Of a stretch of DNA of 64,000 nt, positions 1 to 10,068 are shown one piece after another; positions within the stretch are counted from its first letter, which is position 1, and every line of letters begins with the position of its first letter. The stretch is from a virus. Location of the stretch: IMG/VR virus record IMGVR_UViG_3300032322_001069, positions 13,970-77,969 of that record; one strand, given 5' to 3'. A model generated the notes under the pieces. That model worked only from the letters and a program-made list of their open reading frames with translations. It was not told where the DNA came from and ran no database searches. The position numbers and the translations under genes are program-made.

Positions 1-547
1 TAAAACTTTCAGAACACCATTTTGGATCATCTGTAAAGATTACAAAAAAATAAGACGGACCAAAACAATCAATTGCTTTTTTAAAATAATTCATATCGCA
101 AACAAAATGAGTATCTTTGATTAATAAAAAATCAGTTCTTCTTACATGTATCCCTACTAATTCTTTATTAACTTTTTCTTTTAATTTTTTCATAAAATCG
201 TAACACATTTTATGTTTTTCTTCATCAAAAATAAATATTTTTTTTAAATCTAATTCATTTTCTTCTACATATGTTTTATTTTGAAAATAACCAATAAAAT
301 CTGTTCCGTCTTCAATATTAGAAACATCAAAATATGCAAAATCATTTTTTTCTATTCCCATGAATTTAGGTATGATATTATTAGAATTTTGCGCGGGAAG
401 TTTAAAAATTTTTGCTATAATTGGATTATTTTTAAAATCATATCCTATTTCAATTCCCTTTTTTTTACCTACTCCGTATAAAAAAGAAAATTGAAACATT
501 TGATTGCCCAACCATCCATATTTGCCTAAATTTTTAAATGTAATCAT
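1..547 (-). CDS. GT11-family alpha-1,2-fucosyltransferase-like glycosyltransferase (3' end runs off the window; absent from ORF track)
   Basis: Manual translation from ATG 547 gives MITFKNLGKYGWLGNQMFQ...GYFQ...GIHVRRTD...FTDDPKWC, matching GT11 motifs GxLGNQMFQ, GYFQ, HVRRxD and F(S/T)DD. ATGA overlap with the upstream gene. Confidence 0.85.
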   Translation of the reverse strand, partial: MITFKNLGKYGWLGNQMFQFSFLYGVGKKKGIEIGYDFKNNPIIAKIFKLPAQNSNNIIPKFMGIEKNDFAYFDVSNIEDGTDFIGYFQNKTYVEENELDLKKIFIFDEEKHKMCYDFMKKLKEKVNKELVGIHVRRTDFLLIKDTHFVCDMNYFKKAIDCFGPSYFFVIFTDDPKWCSESF

Positions 548-1170
548 GGTTTTATCTCTAATTCGCATTTAGTAAGATATTCCCATTTATTTGCACTATC
601 AGCAGCATCTGCTTGGTAAAAAACTGGTTTGTTTGGAGTCAATACTTGAAAATATCTTTGAAGAAAAGCACAACCGACATCAAATGGAGTTTGGCGATTA
701 TAAACCAAATCCTTTGACATAATTATTGCATCTTTTCTGTATCTTTCGCTTGTGTATAGGATTGCGTGAGTTGCCAAAATTCCAGCAATTCTTTTATAAT
801 CTGTATTATATTGGATACAAGTATATCCTCTATTACCTATACTAACCCCCAGATATACTGCATCTGTTTCATCTGGAAATTCTAATATAGGATTAAAGTT
901 CTCCTCAATGACTTCAGCATCATCTTCAAGAATTAAAAATGGCGTTTTTAGATCTGAAAGTTCAAATATATCAATATGAGATTGAGCACATCCGACATAG
1001 TGTTTATTTGACGGTATCGTATCCGGTGGAGATGGAATAACTCTAGCAGACTTTCTAATAGTGTTCTTGAAGCCTAGCTTCTCAAACATCTTAGTCATTC
1101 GTTCTGCGTTTTTTGTTGCTGTATCTAGATTAATCCAATATACTGGTATTTCACGAAGATCTATTTTCAT
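544..1170 (-). CDS. GT25-family glycosyltransferase
   Basis: YWINL...R, GCAQSH and LILEDDA motifs typical of GT25 (Lex2/LgtB-like). Confidence 0.8.
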   Translation of the reverse strand: MKIDLREIPVYWINLDTATKNAERMTKMFEKLGFKNTIRKSARVIPSPPDTIPSNKHYVGCAQSHIDIFELSDLKTPFLILEDDAEVIEENFNPILEFPDETDAVYLGVSIGNRGYTCIQYNTDYKRIAGILATHAILYTSERYRKDAIIMSKDLVYNRQTPFDVGCAFLQRYFQVLTPNKPVFYQADAADSANKWEYLTKCELEIKP

Positions 1171-1459
1171 AATTAATAAATTTGTTAGAGTATTCTAAAA
1201 GTTCTTGAGAATTTGTCAAGATATAATCAAAGCGAGATTCTACTTCAGCAAGATTCTGTAATGCAAATTCAGTCATCACAGGATCATCTATGAAGGCTAA
1301 AGTTGTCTTAGTCTTATCTTTGCTGTAGAGAAACACGGCTTCATCTATACCTCTACCCCAGTAGACCTCTACTGGCTTGGTAACATTTCTCTTATTTAAA
1401 AACTTGTAAACGGCCTCTTTTATGTCGAGGGGCATATAATCTTCATTACAAATATACAT
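1151..1459 (-). CDS. hypothetical protein
   Basis: 102-aa ORF overlapping both neighbours in the operon. Confidence 0.6.
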   Translation of the reverse strand: MYICNEDYMPLDIKEAVYKFLNKRNVTKPVEVYWGRGIDEAVFLYSKDKTKTTLAFIDDPVMTEFALQNLAEVESRFDYILTNSQELLEYSNKFINYENRSS

Positions 1460-1869
1460 TATTTTTTACCGATATGATATTTTTGAATTAAAGTCCAATC
1501 CTTCTTTTCCGAGTGGGGAAGAATCTTGATTTGATTAATCCCTAACTGTGGTTCTTTGTATTTATCTGGATTTGTGGGATGAATCAATCCCCATTCGGTA
1601 AGAAGTTTCACTATTACATTTCTTCTGCCAAGATCGTTCTCGTCCATGTCGCTATTCAGACCATCAAGAACAAACATCTCCTTGAAGTGCATGATTGCGT
1701 ATCTTCCTCTCTTATGCAGAATATGACATGATTGATAAAGCTTCTTTTCTTGTTTAGAAGAAACACCTATACGGGTTAATGTTTCCTTAACCTTCAGAAA
1801 GTCTTGTTCAGACTTTAGCTTTACTTCTACGCCTAAACCTTGAAAAATATCCTCGTCAACTGGGTTCAT
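1459..1869 (-). CDS. regA: RegA translational repressor
   Basis: DFLKVKETLTRIG, LYQSCHILHKRGRYAIMHFKE, KYHIG. Lies after gp62. Start placed at ATG 1869 behind GGAG. Confidence 0.95.
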   Translation of the reverse strand: MNPVDEDIFQGLGVEVKLKSEQDFLKVKETLTRIGVSSKQEKKLYQSCHILHKRGRYAIMHFKEMFVLDGLNSDMDENDLGRRNVIVKLLTEWGLIHPTNPDKYKEPQLGINQIKILPHSEKKDWTLIQKYHIGKK

Positions 1870-1893
1870 AATATCTCCATACAAGGATATTTA

Positions 1894-2262
1894 TTAAATT
1901 TTAAATGTTTCTACATGCTTTACGATAGCATCCTTTTGGTCCTGGGTCAAAAGAACCTCATATTCACATGCTTTACGATAGGAGACATCGTAATACTTGA
2001 TAATAGCCTGAATTACATCACTCTTGTCTTTCTTGGCCCATCCGCTGAACCGCTTTCGCTTACGGACAGCCAATCTGTAGTAATCGTACTGCATTCTTTT
2101 GTCTAGGAATGGGTACTTGTTCATTTCGTTGGCATAGGCCACGGTATCCATGAAATAAGAGAGAGACTTGTTAACTATAAAAGGAACATAATCCCGACCA
2201 TCTTGATCGAGAATATCTTCCTTAGTATAGTTGATGGATTCTAGAACCTTCCCTAGATTCAT
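1894..2262 (-). CDS. gp62: clamp loader small subunit gp62
   Basis: YVPFIVNKSLS, ANEMN, QYDYY, RKRKRFS-W-K; synteny 45-44-62-regA. Confidence 0.92.
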   Translation of the reverse strand: MNLGKVLESINYTKEDILDQDGRDYVPFIVNKSLSYFMDTVAYANEMNKYPFLDKRMQYDYYRLAVRKRKRFSGWAKKDKSDVIQAIIKYYDVSYRKACEYEVLLTQDQKDAIVKHVETFKI

Positions 2263-3209
2263 TTGTTGATACCCTTAAACTCGCAGTTCATCATGATTTC
2301 CACCATCATAGCTGTGAGATTGATCTCTTGATCAGCTACGAAAGCAGACTTGTATTGATACTCAGCAATGATGGTAATTGCTTGCGGAATGCTGCTTGGG
2401 ACTAGCATCTCCTGTAGATTGTCGTAGATCTTACGGAAGATATCCGTGCTATTATCCAGATTCTTCACAATCCATTCACGAACAGACTTGAAGTTCTTTT
2501 GTGCCATGAAACCGATCAGCTTGGCAACATCAACATCCTTGACCTCAGATAGAATTCCGATGTCGATCTTTCCAGACACAGAATACCTCTGAAGTTCATT
2601 GATGATTCGCCTGAAGTCCGGGAAATGCTTGATTACGAGTTGTCTAACTGCATTGTCATTGTATTCAATATTTTCAGCAGTTAGAATTTTGCAAACTCGC
2701 TTGTACATTTCAAGACCGAGCGTGGAGTTTTCCCCTGATTGAATATTGAAGTTGATCTCTGTGCAGCGAGAGTGAAGAGGTTCAATGATTCGATACTTCC
2801 AGTTACAGGTCATGATGAATCGACAGTTGGCTGCAAATTCCTCAATGGCCCCGCGCAAAGCAGGCTGAATGCTCTGGGCATTGGAGTAATCGAACTCATC
2901 CAGAATCACTACCTTCTTGGCATTGGTTAATGATACAGTGCTAGCAAAGCCACGAATCTTTGTTCGCAGAGTATCGATATTTCCATCTTCTGAGCAGTTG
3001 ATAAGAATATAATCGCAGCCTAGATCATTGCAGAGAGCCTTGGCAACGGTAGTCTTACCGCACCCAGGCTTACCGACAAACATCATGTTCTGCAATTCAC
3101 CACCCTTAATCATTTCGCTAAAGGTGGCTTTTAGTTCCTTTGGAAGAACACAATCGGATAGCGTCTGGGGTCGATACTTCTCGACCCACAGGTACTGGTC
3201 AGTTGTCAT
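2259..3209 (-). CDS. gp44: clamp loader large subunit gp44 (AAA+)
   Basis: WVEKYRP, GKPGCGKTT (Walker A), ILDEFD (Walker B), PLHSRC. Confidence 0.96.
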   Translation of the reverse strand: MTTDQYLWVEKYRPQTLSDCVLPKELKATFSEMIKGGELQNMMFVGKPGCGKTTVAKALCNDLGCDYILINCSEDGNIDTLRTKIRGFASTVSLTNAKKVVILDEFDYSNAQSIQPALRGAIEEFAANCRFIMTCNWKYRIIEPLHSRCTEINFNIQSGENSTLGLEMYKRVCKILTAENIEYNDNAVRQLVIKHFPDFRRIINELQRYSVSGKIDIGILSEVKDVDVAKLIGFMAQKNFKSVREWIVKNLDNSTDIFRKIYDNLQEMLVPSSIPQAITIIAEYQYKSAFVADQEINLTAMMVEIMMNCEFKGINK

Positions 3210-3211
3210 GA

Positions 3212-3922
3212 TTAGCTCCCGCTATTGCTGCTAGATTCCAGAGCGATCCAATAAGTAAGATTTAGATTCTTTGAAGTAAACTTGCTGATGACCTTGCTTC
3301 CAATTTGGACATCGTAAGAACCTGGGATCATCTTGAGGTTTTCCATCTTTAGACGGAACTCAAAATCATCATCGAAATCGGCATCAAGGCAGTCTTCGGT
3401 GCTCCCAAGACTAATTGAGTAGGTATTTGTGGTGCTGTCCTTGACATCACAGACCTTGGCAAACACTTCCCCGTCCTCAGAATAGATTGACATATCAGCG
3501 ACCTGAAGGACTCCAGAAGCCTTCTGAAGCTCGTTCAGCTTCTTGTCCGAGAGGCCGAACTCCAGGACTACGGAAGGCATCGTAAGGGCCTTTGGTGGGT
3601 TGCTGGTGATCAGCTTTGGCTCACAGTAGAAGTACTTGACCGAAGATCCGGTATCGTTCGAAATTTCAAGATACTTATCGTGGAACTCCAGTTCCGGGTT
3701 TTCAAATAGCGACAGAATACCTAGGAACTGGGATAGATCCCAGATACCGAATTCCTGGTCAAATGTCTCCTCTACCGTGGCTTCAGCCACGATATTCTTG
3801 TATGAAGACATTGTAGCAAGCTTGTTTCCGGGACGAATCAGCAGATTGCTGTTGATCGTTGAGAAGTTCTTCAGGATCTGAAGAGTGGGCTTGCTGAGAG
3901 TTAGTTTGGATGTAGTTTTCAT
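3212..3922 (-). CDS. gp45: sliding clamp gp45
   Basis: TLQILKNFSTIN, FGIWDLSQFL, YWIALE C-terminus. Confidence 0.95.
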   Translation of the reverse strand: MKTTSKLTLSKPTLQILKNFSTINSNLLIRPGNKLATMSSYKNIVAEATVEETFDQEFGIWDLSQFLGILSLFENPELEFHDKYLEISNDTGSSVKYFYCEPKLITSNPPKALTMPSVVLEFGLSDKKLNELQKASGVLQVADMSIYSEDGEVFAKVCDVKDSTTNTYSISLGSTEDCLDADFDDDFEFRLKMENLKMIPGSYDVQIGSKVISKFTSKNLNLTYWIALESSSNSGS

Positions 3923-3943
3923 AATATAAAATTCGCCTTTCGA

Positions 3944-4105
3944 TCAGGTATTGTCCTGCAAATAGTCGTAAAAGTCAAGGCTCCCGTCACGCAAATCATG
4001 CATTAATTTCTTCGTGGTGTGACGCAAATCACGAAGTTTTTTCTTTCTAAAGAATCTTGCGAGTTTTCTGGCCCGAATGATTTTCCAAAGTGGATGTTTT
4101 TTCAT
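3944..4105 (-). CDS. small basic hypothetical protein (53 aa)
   Basis: Manual translation MKKHPLWKIIRARKLARFFRKKKLRDLRHTTKKLMHDLRDGSLDFYDYLQDNT. ATGA overlap with the upstream ORF; fills the gap before gp45. Confidence 0.65.
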   Translation of the reverse strand: MKKHPLWKIIRARKLARFFRKKKLRDLRHTTKKLMHDLRDGSLDFYDYLQDNT

Positions 4106-4407
4106 AAGATACCTACCCAAGAATACGAGTTGCCGTCGTAGATATACTCATACAACATACCATTCGTTGTATTGAGCCATCTTTGACCAACAACTGGTTC
4201 GTAAGGGGCAGATTCTCCTGTATAAACTCCAGCAGAGTTCAAGAGTTTCCAACCCCTTGTTTCGCCATGCTCCGGGGAGAAGCCGCTTATTTCAGCAGAA
4301 GCGTAATAATACTTACCTTCTCGCTCAACAATATCCCCTTCGCCGTATACCTTGAGTGTACCGTCTGGGTTTGAAATTTTAAATTTTCCAATAAAATTCA
4401 AACTCAT
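4102..4407 (-). CDS. hypothetical protein (aromatic-rich small beta domains)
   Basis: 101-aa ORF overlapping the gp46 stop; YGEGDIV-Y and P-GQRW-N...YSWV patterns. Confidence 0.6.
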   Translation of the reverse strand: MSLNFIGKFKISNPDGTLKVYGEGDIVEREGKYYYASAEISGFSPEHGETRGWKLLNSAGVYTGESAPYEPVVGQRWLNTTNGMLYEYIYDGNSYSWVGIL

Positions 4408-6122
4408 TAGTTTTGTACCAGTTTGCTAAAATTATTTTTCTTTTCTAGAGTAACCGTATTCTTGAACTTATCATGTAGTTGATCTGTCTTGTGGCTGATT
4501 ACAAAGACATTACACCCCTTCTTCAGGCCGTTGAGCAACTTCATAAGTTCATCGGTTCCGATAGAATCCAGCGAAGAATCAAATACTTCGTCAAGGATGA
4601 GTAGGTTGCAGTGAAGACTGTTCTTCATTCTTGCAACTTCTCGCCATGCTAGGAGTAGAGAAATGTCGATTCTCATCTTTTCTCCTTCACTGAAACTCAA
4701 ATACGAAAATTCGTCACGATGCCTGCTTTCAATCTTTTCGTTAAATTCACCGTCAAGATTGAACTTCACAAAGAATCCCATGTTACTGAGATTCTTATTC
4801 ACTAACTTATTTATAATCGGAAGATAGTGATTTATAATCTTTCCCTTGATTCCACTATCTTTCAAGAGATCTACTACAAGTTCGTGGTCATTTTGCTGTT
4901 TTTCGAGAGAGATCAAAGCAGTTTCTTTTATTTTTTTCTCAATTTTAACAGATTCTAACTGTTCTTTTGTAGAAGCTATCTGATCTTCGTTGACCGAATG
5001 CTTATCAGCCTCATATCCTGCCTTTACCTTTTCTAGACTAGCTACTTCTCGTTCAAGTGACTTGACCTCTCTAACAAGCTCTTTGATTCGTTCTTGGACT
5101 TCTTTGCTCTTGGTTAGAATATCGTTATGCCAAGCTATTGAATTAATAATCTCTTCTGCATTGATTCCTAGTTTGGTTAGTCTATTCTTCTTGGTTGAAA
5201 CAATAGAACATTTATGGGATTCTTCAATGGCTTGCTTACAAGTTGGGCAAGTCTCATTATTATTAAAGAATTCTAGTTCTTCATTTATGGTATTGATACT
5301 AACAGTAAGATCGGCTTTTTTTTCTCTTAAGAGAGCCAAATCTTCGTCTGTAATCTTAAATTGTTCTAGCTTTTTGCCTTCTTGAAGGATCTCTTTATTT
5401 AAAAGCTTAATCTTTCTTTTAGATCCATCAATCTCTTCAGTCGCCTCTTTGATTTTATTATCCAACACCTCAAGGCTCTTCTCCATATTGGACTGTAAAT
5501 TTTTGAGATTAGTTTCATACAGTTTTATCTTTTCGTCTATAACTCTTTGGTCAAGCTTATTAATCTTAATGCTTTCCCTTATCTGTGAAAGCTTGCCCTT
5601 TAGGATCAAGTTCATTGACGAGAAGACATCAATATCTAGGATTGTTTCAATAACCTGGCGGCGATCAGCTGGGGGTAATTCCATGAAAGGAACGAACGAA
5701 GACTTACCAAGAATGATGACTTGCATGAAAGTCTTTCTGTTCATCTTGAGTATCTGATTCTCAAGCATGTCTTGGTAATCTTTGGTCTTGGCTGCTTGCT
5801 CTATCATCTCCCCGTTCTTATAGATCTCAAAGACCTTCGGGGCAAGACCGCGCCGAATCATGTACTCGGTTTTGTTAATCTCAAACTCTAGTTCAACAAG
5901 GCACTTGCCTTTGTTTACGCTATTTACAAGTTGCGGTATGTTAATGTTTCTAAAAGGATTGCCGAAGAGGGCAAATGTAATTGCATCAAGAAACGCAAAC
6001 GACTTACCGTTTCCGTTTGATCCGCTGACAAGCGTACTCTGACTCTTCTGAAAATCAATCTCAGAAAAAGTGTTTCCGAATGAGCCAAAATTCTTGAATT
6101 TAATCTTTTTGAAGTTAATCAT
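4407..6122 (-). CDS. gp46: recombination nuclease ATPase subunit gp46 (Rad50-like)
   Basis: GSNGNGKS, CPTC zinc hook, FSEGEKMR signature, LILDEVFD, ISH. Confidence 0.96.
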   Translation of the reverse strand: MINFKKIKFKNFGSFGNTFSEIDFQKSQSTLVSGSNGNGKSFAFLDAITFALFGNPFRNINIPQLVNSVNKGKCLVELEFEINKTEYMIRRGLAPKVFEIYKNGEMIEQAAKTKDYQDMLENQILKMNRKTFMQVIILGKSSFVPFMELPPADRRQVIETILDIDVFSSMNLILKGKLSQIRESIKINKLDQRVIDEKIKLYETNLKNLQSNMEKSLEVLDNKIKEATEEIDGSKRKIKLLNKEILQEGKKLEQFKITDEDLALLREKKADLTVSINTINEELEFFNNNETCPTCKQAIEESHKCSIVSTKKNRLTKLGINAEEIINSIAWHNDILTKSKEVQERIKELVREVKSLEREVASLEKVKAGYEADKHSVNEDQIASTKEQLESVKIEKKIKETALISLEKQQNDHELVVDLLKDSGIKGKIINHYLPIINKLVNKNLSNMGFFVKFNLDGEFNEKIESRHRDEFSYLSFSEGEKMRIDISLLLAWREVARMKNSLHCNLLILDEVFDSSLDSIGTDELMKLLNGLKKGCNVFVISHKTDQLHDKFKNTVTLEKKNNFSKLVQN

Positions 6123-7167
6123 CTATGGTAAGGGATTCTTGATAAAGATCTTTAATGATGTTCTTGATATCGTCCTTGTTCGTGATCTCAGATAGATCGT
6201 CTATCTCTTTGCAGATCATCGTTATTGTATCCATATTCATATCAATATCAATAGACGAATAATTCATTTCAATTTCTTCATCCACCACAGTTACATCATA
6301 TGGCTTGGCTTCGTTTAGCTTTGTCATGAACTTTTCGTAAAAGACTGGCTTGTTTCTTCTCTGAACAATCAGTCTTACATACTTATCCTTGAAACTCGGA
6401 AAGTCAAGTTTCTCAAGATCTTCTGGAAGAGAATCATCATAAACGATTCTATGAAATAGCTCTTCTGTATTCTGTACAAATTCTAGATCTCTGGTCTTTG
6501 TGTCAAAGATATGAAATCCTTTTCGCTCGTTGACATCAGTGAATCCCATTTGATACTGAGTGCCAAGATATTCAATGTTCTTATGTCTTGATTTTAAGTG
6601 GAAATGTCCCGACATAACAGTTTCAAACTTATTGAACATTTCTCTCTGAAGTCCGCTGTCGTGATATACTCCACGAAGAACTTCAAATCCAACGATCTCA
6701 AAGTGGCCTAATAGTATATGAGCCTTTGTGTTCTTTATAAATTCAACACAGGCATCCATATTATCTTCGCACATCCAAGGAACAGCACCGACAGAAACAT
6801 CTGGATAGATAAGTTCCTTTGGCTCATTCACCACTTCAATATGAAAATACTTTTCTAGAAGTTCCTGTGGAGAATTTGTCTTATTCGTATTTCTGAAATA
6901 GGTGTCATGATTGCCAATGATAATCTTCATTGACATGCCCATCTTTTCCATAGGCTCAATGACCCTAGTACGAACTTGATTCAGCGTATTAAAATTAACA
7001 TACTTACGACGATCAAAGAAATCACCAAGATGAATGATCTCTTCTATATTATTCTTCTGACAATACGGGAAAAATTGCCTTTCAAAGAACTGAATAAAAT
7101 GTTCTAATAGAACTGGAGAATCGTTCTTTGCGCCGAAATGTGTATCGTTAATTATTGCAATTTTCAT
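6115..7167 (-). CDS. gp47: recombination nuclease subunit gp47 (Mre11-like)
   Basis: DTHFG, HLGDFFD, GNHD and SGHFH metallophosphoesterase motifs. Confidence 0.96.
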   Translation of the reverse strand: MKIAIINDTHFGAKNDSPVLLEHFIQFFERQFFPYCQKNNIEEIIHLGDFFDRRKYVNFNTLNQVRTRVIEPMEKMGMSMKIIIGNHDTYFRNTNKTNSPQELLEKYFHIEVVNEPKELIYPDVSVGAVPWMCEDNMDACVEFIKNTKAHILLGHFEIVGFEVLRGVYHDSGLQREMFNKFETVMSGHFHLKSRHKNIEYLGTQYQMGFTDVNERKGFHIFDTKTRDLEFVQNTEELFHRIVYDDSLPEDLEKLDFPSFKDKYVRLIVQRRNKPVFYEKFMTKLNEAKPYDVTVVDEEIEMNYSSIDIDMNMDTITMICKEIDDLSEITNKDDIKNIIKDLYQESLTIDD

Positions 7168-7757
7168 TTGCGATTTTTTAGTTTCTTTTTCTTCTTTTTA
7201 TCGTCAGTAAAACGATTTACATCGTTTTCCGTAAGATTAAAAATTTCTCTGAAACTGGCTGAACTATCTTTTGCAAAATAATTTTCTTTGAACCATCGAT
7301 GAAATTTTTCATCGGCATTGTCTTCCATTATCTTATACTTGATATAAGACTGCTTCTTTTCCTTTTCTATGCGTCTTAGAAAGGCAAAGTATATGATTTG
7401 GGTAAAATAAGAAAAGGGATTTTTTGATTTTTCTGGATCAAAATTATGAGCATACATCAAACAATTTTCTACCCCATCACCCACCATCTCTTCCCTATAG
7501 GGGTAATTCATAAAATTTGGTCTATAAGAAAGATGCTCTGCTATCTTTAAAAAAGATTCTGCTATGTAATTTGAAACTGGAGGCTTTTTTCTTCCAGATT
7601 CTTCGGCTGTATTATATTTTTTTTTCCATTTTATCATCTCAGCCAAAAATTCTTTATTATCCACATAGTGGGATGTTTCTTCCTCTTCTTCTACTATGGG
7701 TATTAAATCTGGCTCTATTATGTCATCAGATTCTTCTATTTTTTTCTTTTTTCTCAT
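7164..7757 (-). CDS. gp55: late transcription sigma factor gp55
   Basis: HYVDNKEF, KIAEHLSYRPNF, NFDPEKSKNPFSYFTQIIYFAFLRRIEKEKKQ. Confidence 0.96.
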   Translation of the reverse strand: MRKKKKIEESDDIIEPDLIPIVEEEEETSHYVDNKEFLAEMIKWKKKYNTAEESGRKKPPVSNYIAESFLKIAEHLSYRPNFMNYPYREEMVGDGVENCLMYAHNFDPEKSKNPFSYFTQIIYFAFLRRIEKEKKQSYIKYKIMEDNADEKFHRWFKENYFAKDSSASFREIFNLTENDVNRFTDDKKKKKKLKNRK

Positions 7758-7789
7758 TGCCAAATAATATCATAATTCCAGAAAAAATC

Positions 7790-7843
7790 AATTGACAAAA
7801 TTGGGGTTTATCGATACACTTCGCTGTGTAGGCGATCAACAAG
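7790..7843 (+). repeat. 54-bp dispersed element, copy 1 (contains a sigma70-like promoter TTGACA-N17-TACACT)
   Basis: AATTGACAAAA-N10-TCGATACACTTCGCTGTGTAGGCGATCAACAAG; the same sequence outside the N10 spacer occurs inverted at 63288-63341. Confidence 0.9.
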
Positions 7844-7862
7844 GGAATTTATAACTAATTAG

Positions 7863-8579
7863 TTACTCTTTAGTATCATCAGATATATCATCGATATACT
7901 TACGAGGGTCATCAGGGAAGTCTTCTAAATTAATTCCCTTTCTCTTCATCTTTTCTTTTTCTTTTTCTGATATAAATTCCATCTCGGGAATAAGTTCTTC
8001 CATTTCATCATCTTCTTCTGGAAGACCCATAAACGCATCAAAATCTAAAAGACCATTTTCTAAAAGTTCTTCAAAGAGATTTGGTGGTATAGAGAAGAAC
8101 ATTCCAACAGTATTTGCAGAATTTCCAAAAGGAAATGGCATTGTTGGTAGTTTAGAAGGAGTATCTTTTGATTTTTCTATGTCTTGCCCAGGTTCTCCAC
8201 CCATCAAATCCTTAAGCATTTGATTTAAAGTATCTTCATCAGAAAGAATCTCATCAATTTGCTTTTGAGCTTCTTCTACTGCTTTTTTTGTTTTATCTTC
8301 TTTACGGATACTATTTTGATATAGAGTAACTGTGCTATCGCTTGGTTTTAGAATAGTAGCAATATGATCTTTTGGAATATCTACTTCTTCTGCTTCAGTA
8401 AATTCTAACCAATTTCTTAAAACTGTAATTTCTCTTGTAACTCCAAATGTATCATAAGTCATATGAGACTTAATAACCATTGGGCGAAGAACATGAATCA
8501 TAGATTCATTCTCTCCAGCTAGCAGACATAACACTTCTTCCCCACTTCTCAGCTTGAGTAATCTGCAAGTAGTTTCCAT
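7863..8579 (-). CDS. conserved T4-like protein between uvsW and gp55 (N-terminal KLxSGEE domain, acidic tail)
   Basis: LLKLRSGEEV N-terminus; position matches cyanophage-type T4-like genomes. Confidence 0.7.
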   Translation of the reverse strand: METTCRLLKLRSGEEVLCLLAGENESMIHVLRPMVIKSHMTYDTFGVTREITVLRNWLEFTEAEEVDIPKDHIATILKPSDSTVTLYQNSIRKEDKTKKAVEEAQKQIDEILSDEDTLNQMLKDLMGGEPGQDIEKSKDTPSKLPTMPFPFGNSANTVGMFFSIPPNLFEELLENGLLDFDAFMGLPEEDDEMEELIPEMEFISEKEKEKMKRKGINLEDFPDDPRKYIDDISDDTKE

Positions 8580-8595
8580 ATGACTATTTATCTCC

Positions 8596-10068
8596 TCAAA
8601 GATCTATAGGAACCAAATTAAAAGAAAAAGATTCGCTCTCGTAAATTTTTATTCGCTCAAGAAAATGATTGAATGCATGATTTCGATATTTCTTGTGTCT
8701 CAAATCATCAACCAAATCAAAGACCATTACACGATCTTTTGTTTCCGACATTCTTAAACCACGACCGATAGATTGAAGAACACGCACAACTGATTTTGAC
8801 GGATGAAGAAATACAATGTTGTGAATGTTCTTGATATTTATGCCAGTGCTGCAAGTTCCATAAGAAGCAACAAGAATAGAATTTTCTGACTTATCCACAA
8901 TCTTACGAATCTCTTCTCTATCTTCAGCATCAGTCATTCCAGAAATAAAGTAACACTTCTTATCTGTGCAAGTTTTTTGTATTGATTCGAAGAATGGAAG
9001 ACCATGCTTCTGAACTTGCGAGAATAGAACTAAAGTATTTCCTTTGAGAGAAGCGCAAAGTTTTTCTGCAACTTTATTTCTTCTCTCATGTGATATAATG
9101 TAATCTATTTCTTCTTGATATGTTTTCTTCTTCATGCTATCGCATTCTTCTTTTGCGTACTTCAATTGAATGCAATTGATATCAAGATTAGAAAGCACTT
9201 TATTATCGATTAGATCTTTTGTGCTTGTAACACGAATCGGTGGGCCAAATAGTCCTTCAAGAACTAGTTTATGTACCTGGATATTATCAAGCGTTCCTGT
9301 AGTCCCAATGCGAACATGACAGTTTCTGAGCTTATTCATTAGGCGAACAAGCGACTTAGCCTTGAATAGATGACATTCATCGCCAATAACAGCATCATAT
9401 TCGGCAAAGAATTTTTCTGGAAGATCATAAACACTTTGCCATGTGGATATTGCTATGGGCTTTGTAGTTTCCTTGTCTTTACCAGCATAGATGATATGAA
9501 TGTTCTTATCTGCATTCCAGTCTTTGCCAGAGTATTCAATAAAGTCTGAACGCATCTGGTGAACTAGACTTGTGGTAGGAACAAGGACAAGAATCTTCTT
9601 ATTCTTGCTTAGAAGATATCTTAGTATCGTGTAGATGATAAGAGACTTGCCGCTACCAGTTGGAGATATTAGTAGGCTACGCTTATGATCAAGAGCCATC
9701 TCCACCGCCCTCTGCTGATAGTCTCTGAGCTTGATTTGGCCAGAATCTGAGTATAGAGGTAGAGCATCAATAAAAGACTTATAATCTTCAAAAAATTCTT
9801 CCTTAAAGTTTTCAAACTTGCAATCATAATGTCTGTCAAGACAAAACTGAACAATTTTGTTTCTTAGACCAGTATAGATCTTGCGAGTGAAGTAATTGAA
9901 TAGGCGAATTTGACCATCCCATATTCTACGCTTGAATGCTGGGGAATATTGCGAATTAGGAACTTTGAATGTGAAGTAATCGGATAGCTCTTTTGCTACT
10001 GAATTTTCGCAATGAACTTTGATGAATGTACCATCTATTTTTTCTATTTTTACTTCTTCATTGGCCAT
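8596..10068 (-). CDS. uvsW: UvsW RNA-DNA/DNA-DNA helicase
   Basis: WDGQIRLF, RDYQ, SPTGSGKS, DECH, QSIGRGLR. Confidence 0.96.
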   Translation of the reverse strand: MANEEVKIEKIDGTFIKVHCENSVAKELSDYFTFKVPNSQYSPAFKRRIWDGQIRLFNYFTRKIYTGLRNKIVQFCLDRHYDCKFENFKEEFFEDYKSFIDALPLYSDSGQIKLRDYQQRAVEMALDHKRSLLISPTGSGKSLIIYTILRYLLSKNKKILVLVPTTSLVHQMRSDFIEYSGKDWNADKNIHIIYAGKDKETTKPIAISTWQSVYDLPEKFFAEYDAVIGDECHLFKAKSLVRLMNKLRNCHVRIGTTGTLDNIQVHKLVLEGLFGPPIRVTSTKDLIDNKVLSNLDINCIQLKYAKEECDSMKKKTYQEEIDYIISHERRNKVAEKLCASLKGNTLVLFSQVQKHGLPFFESIQKTCTDKKCYFISGMTDAEDREEIRKIVDKSENSILVASYGTCSTGINIKNIHNIVFLHPSKSVVRVLQSIGRGLRMSETKDRVMVFDLVDDLRHKKYRNHAFNHFLERIKIYESESFSFNLVPIDL

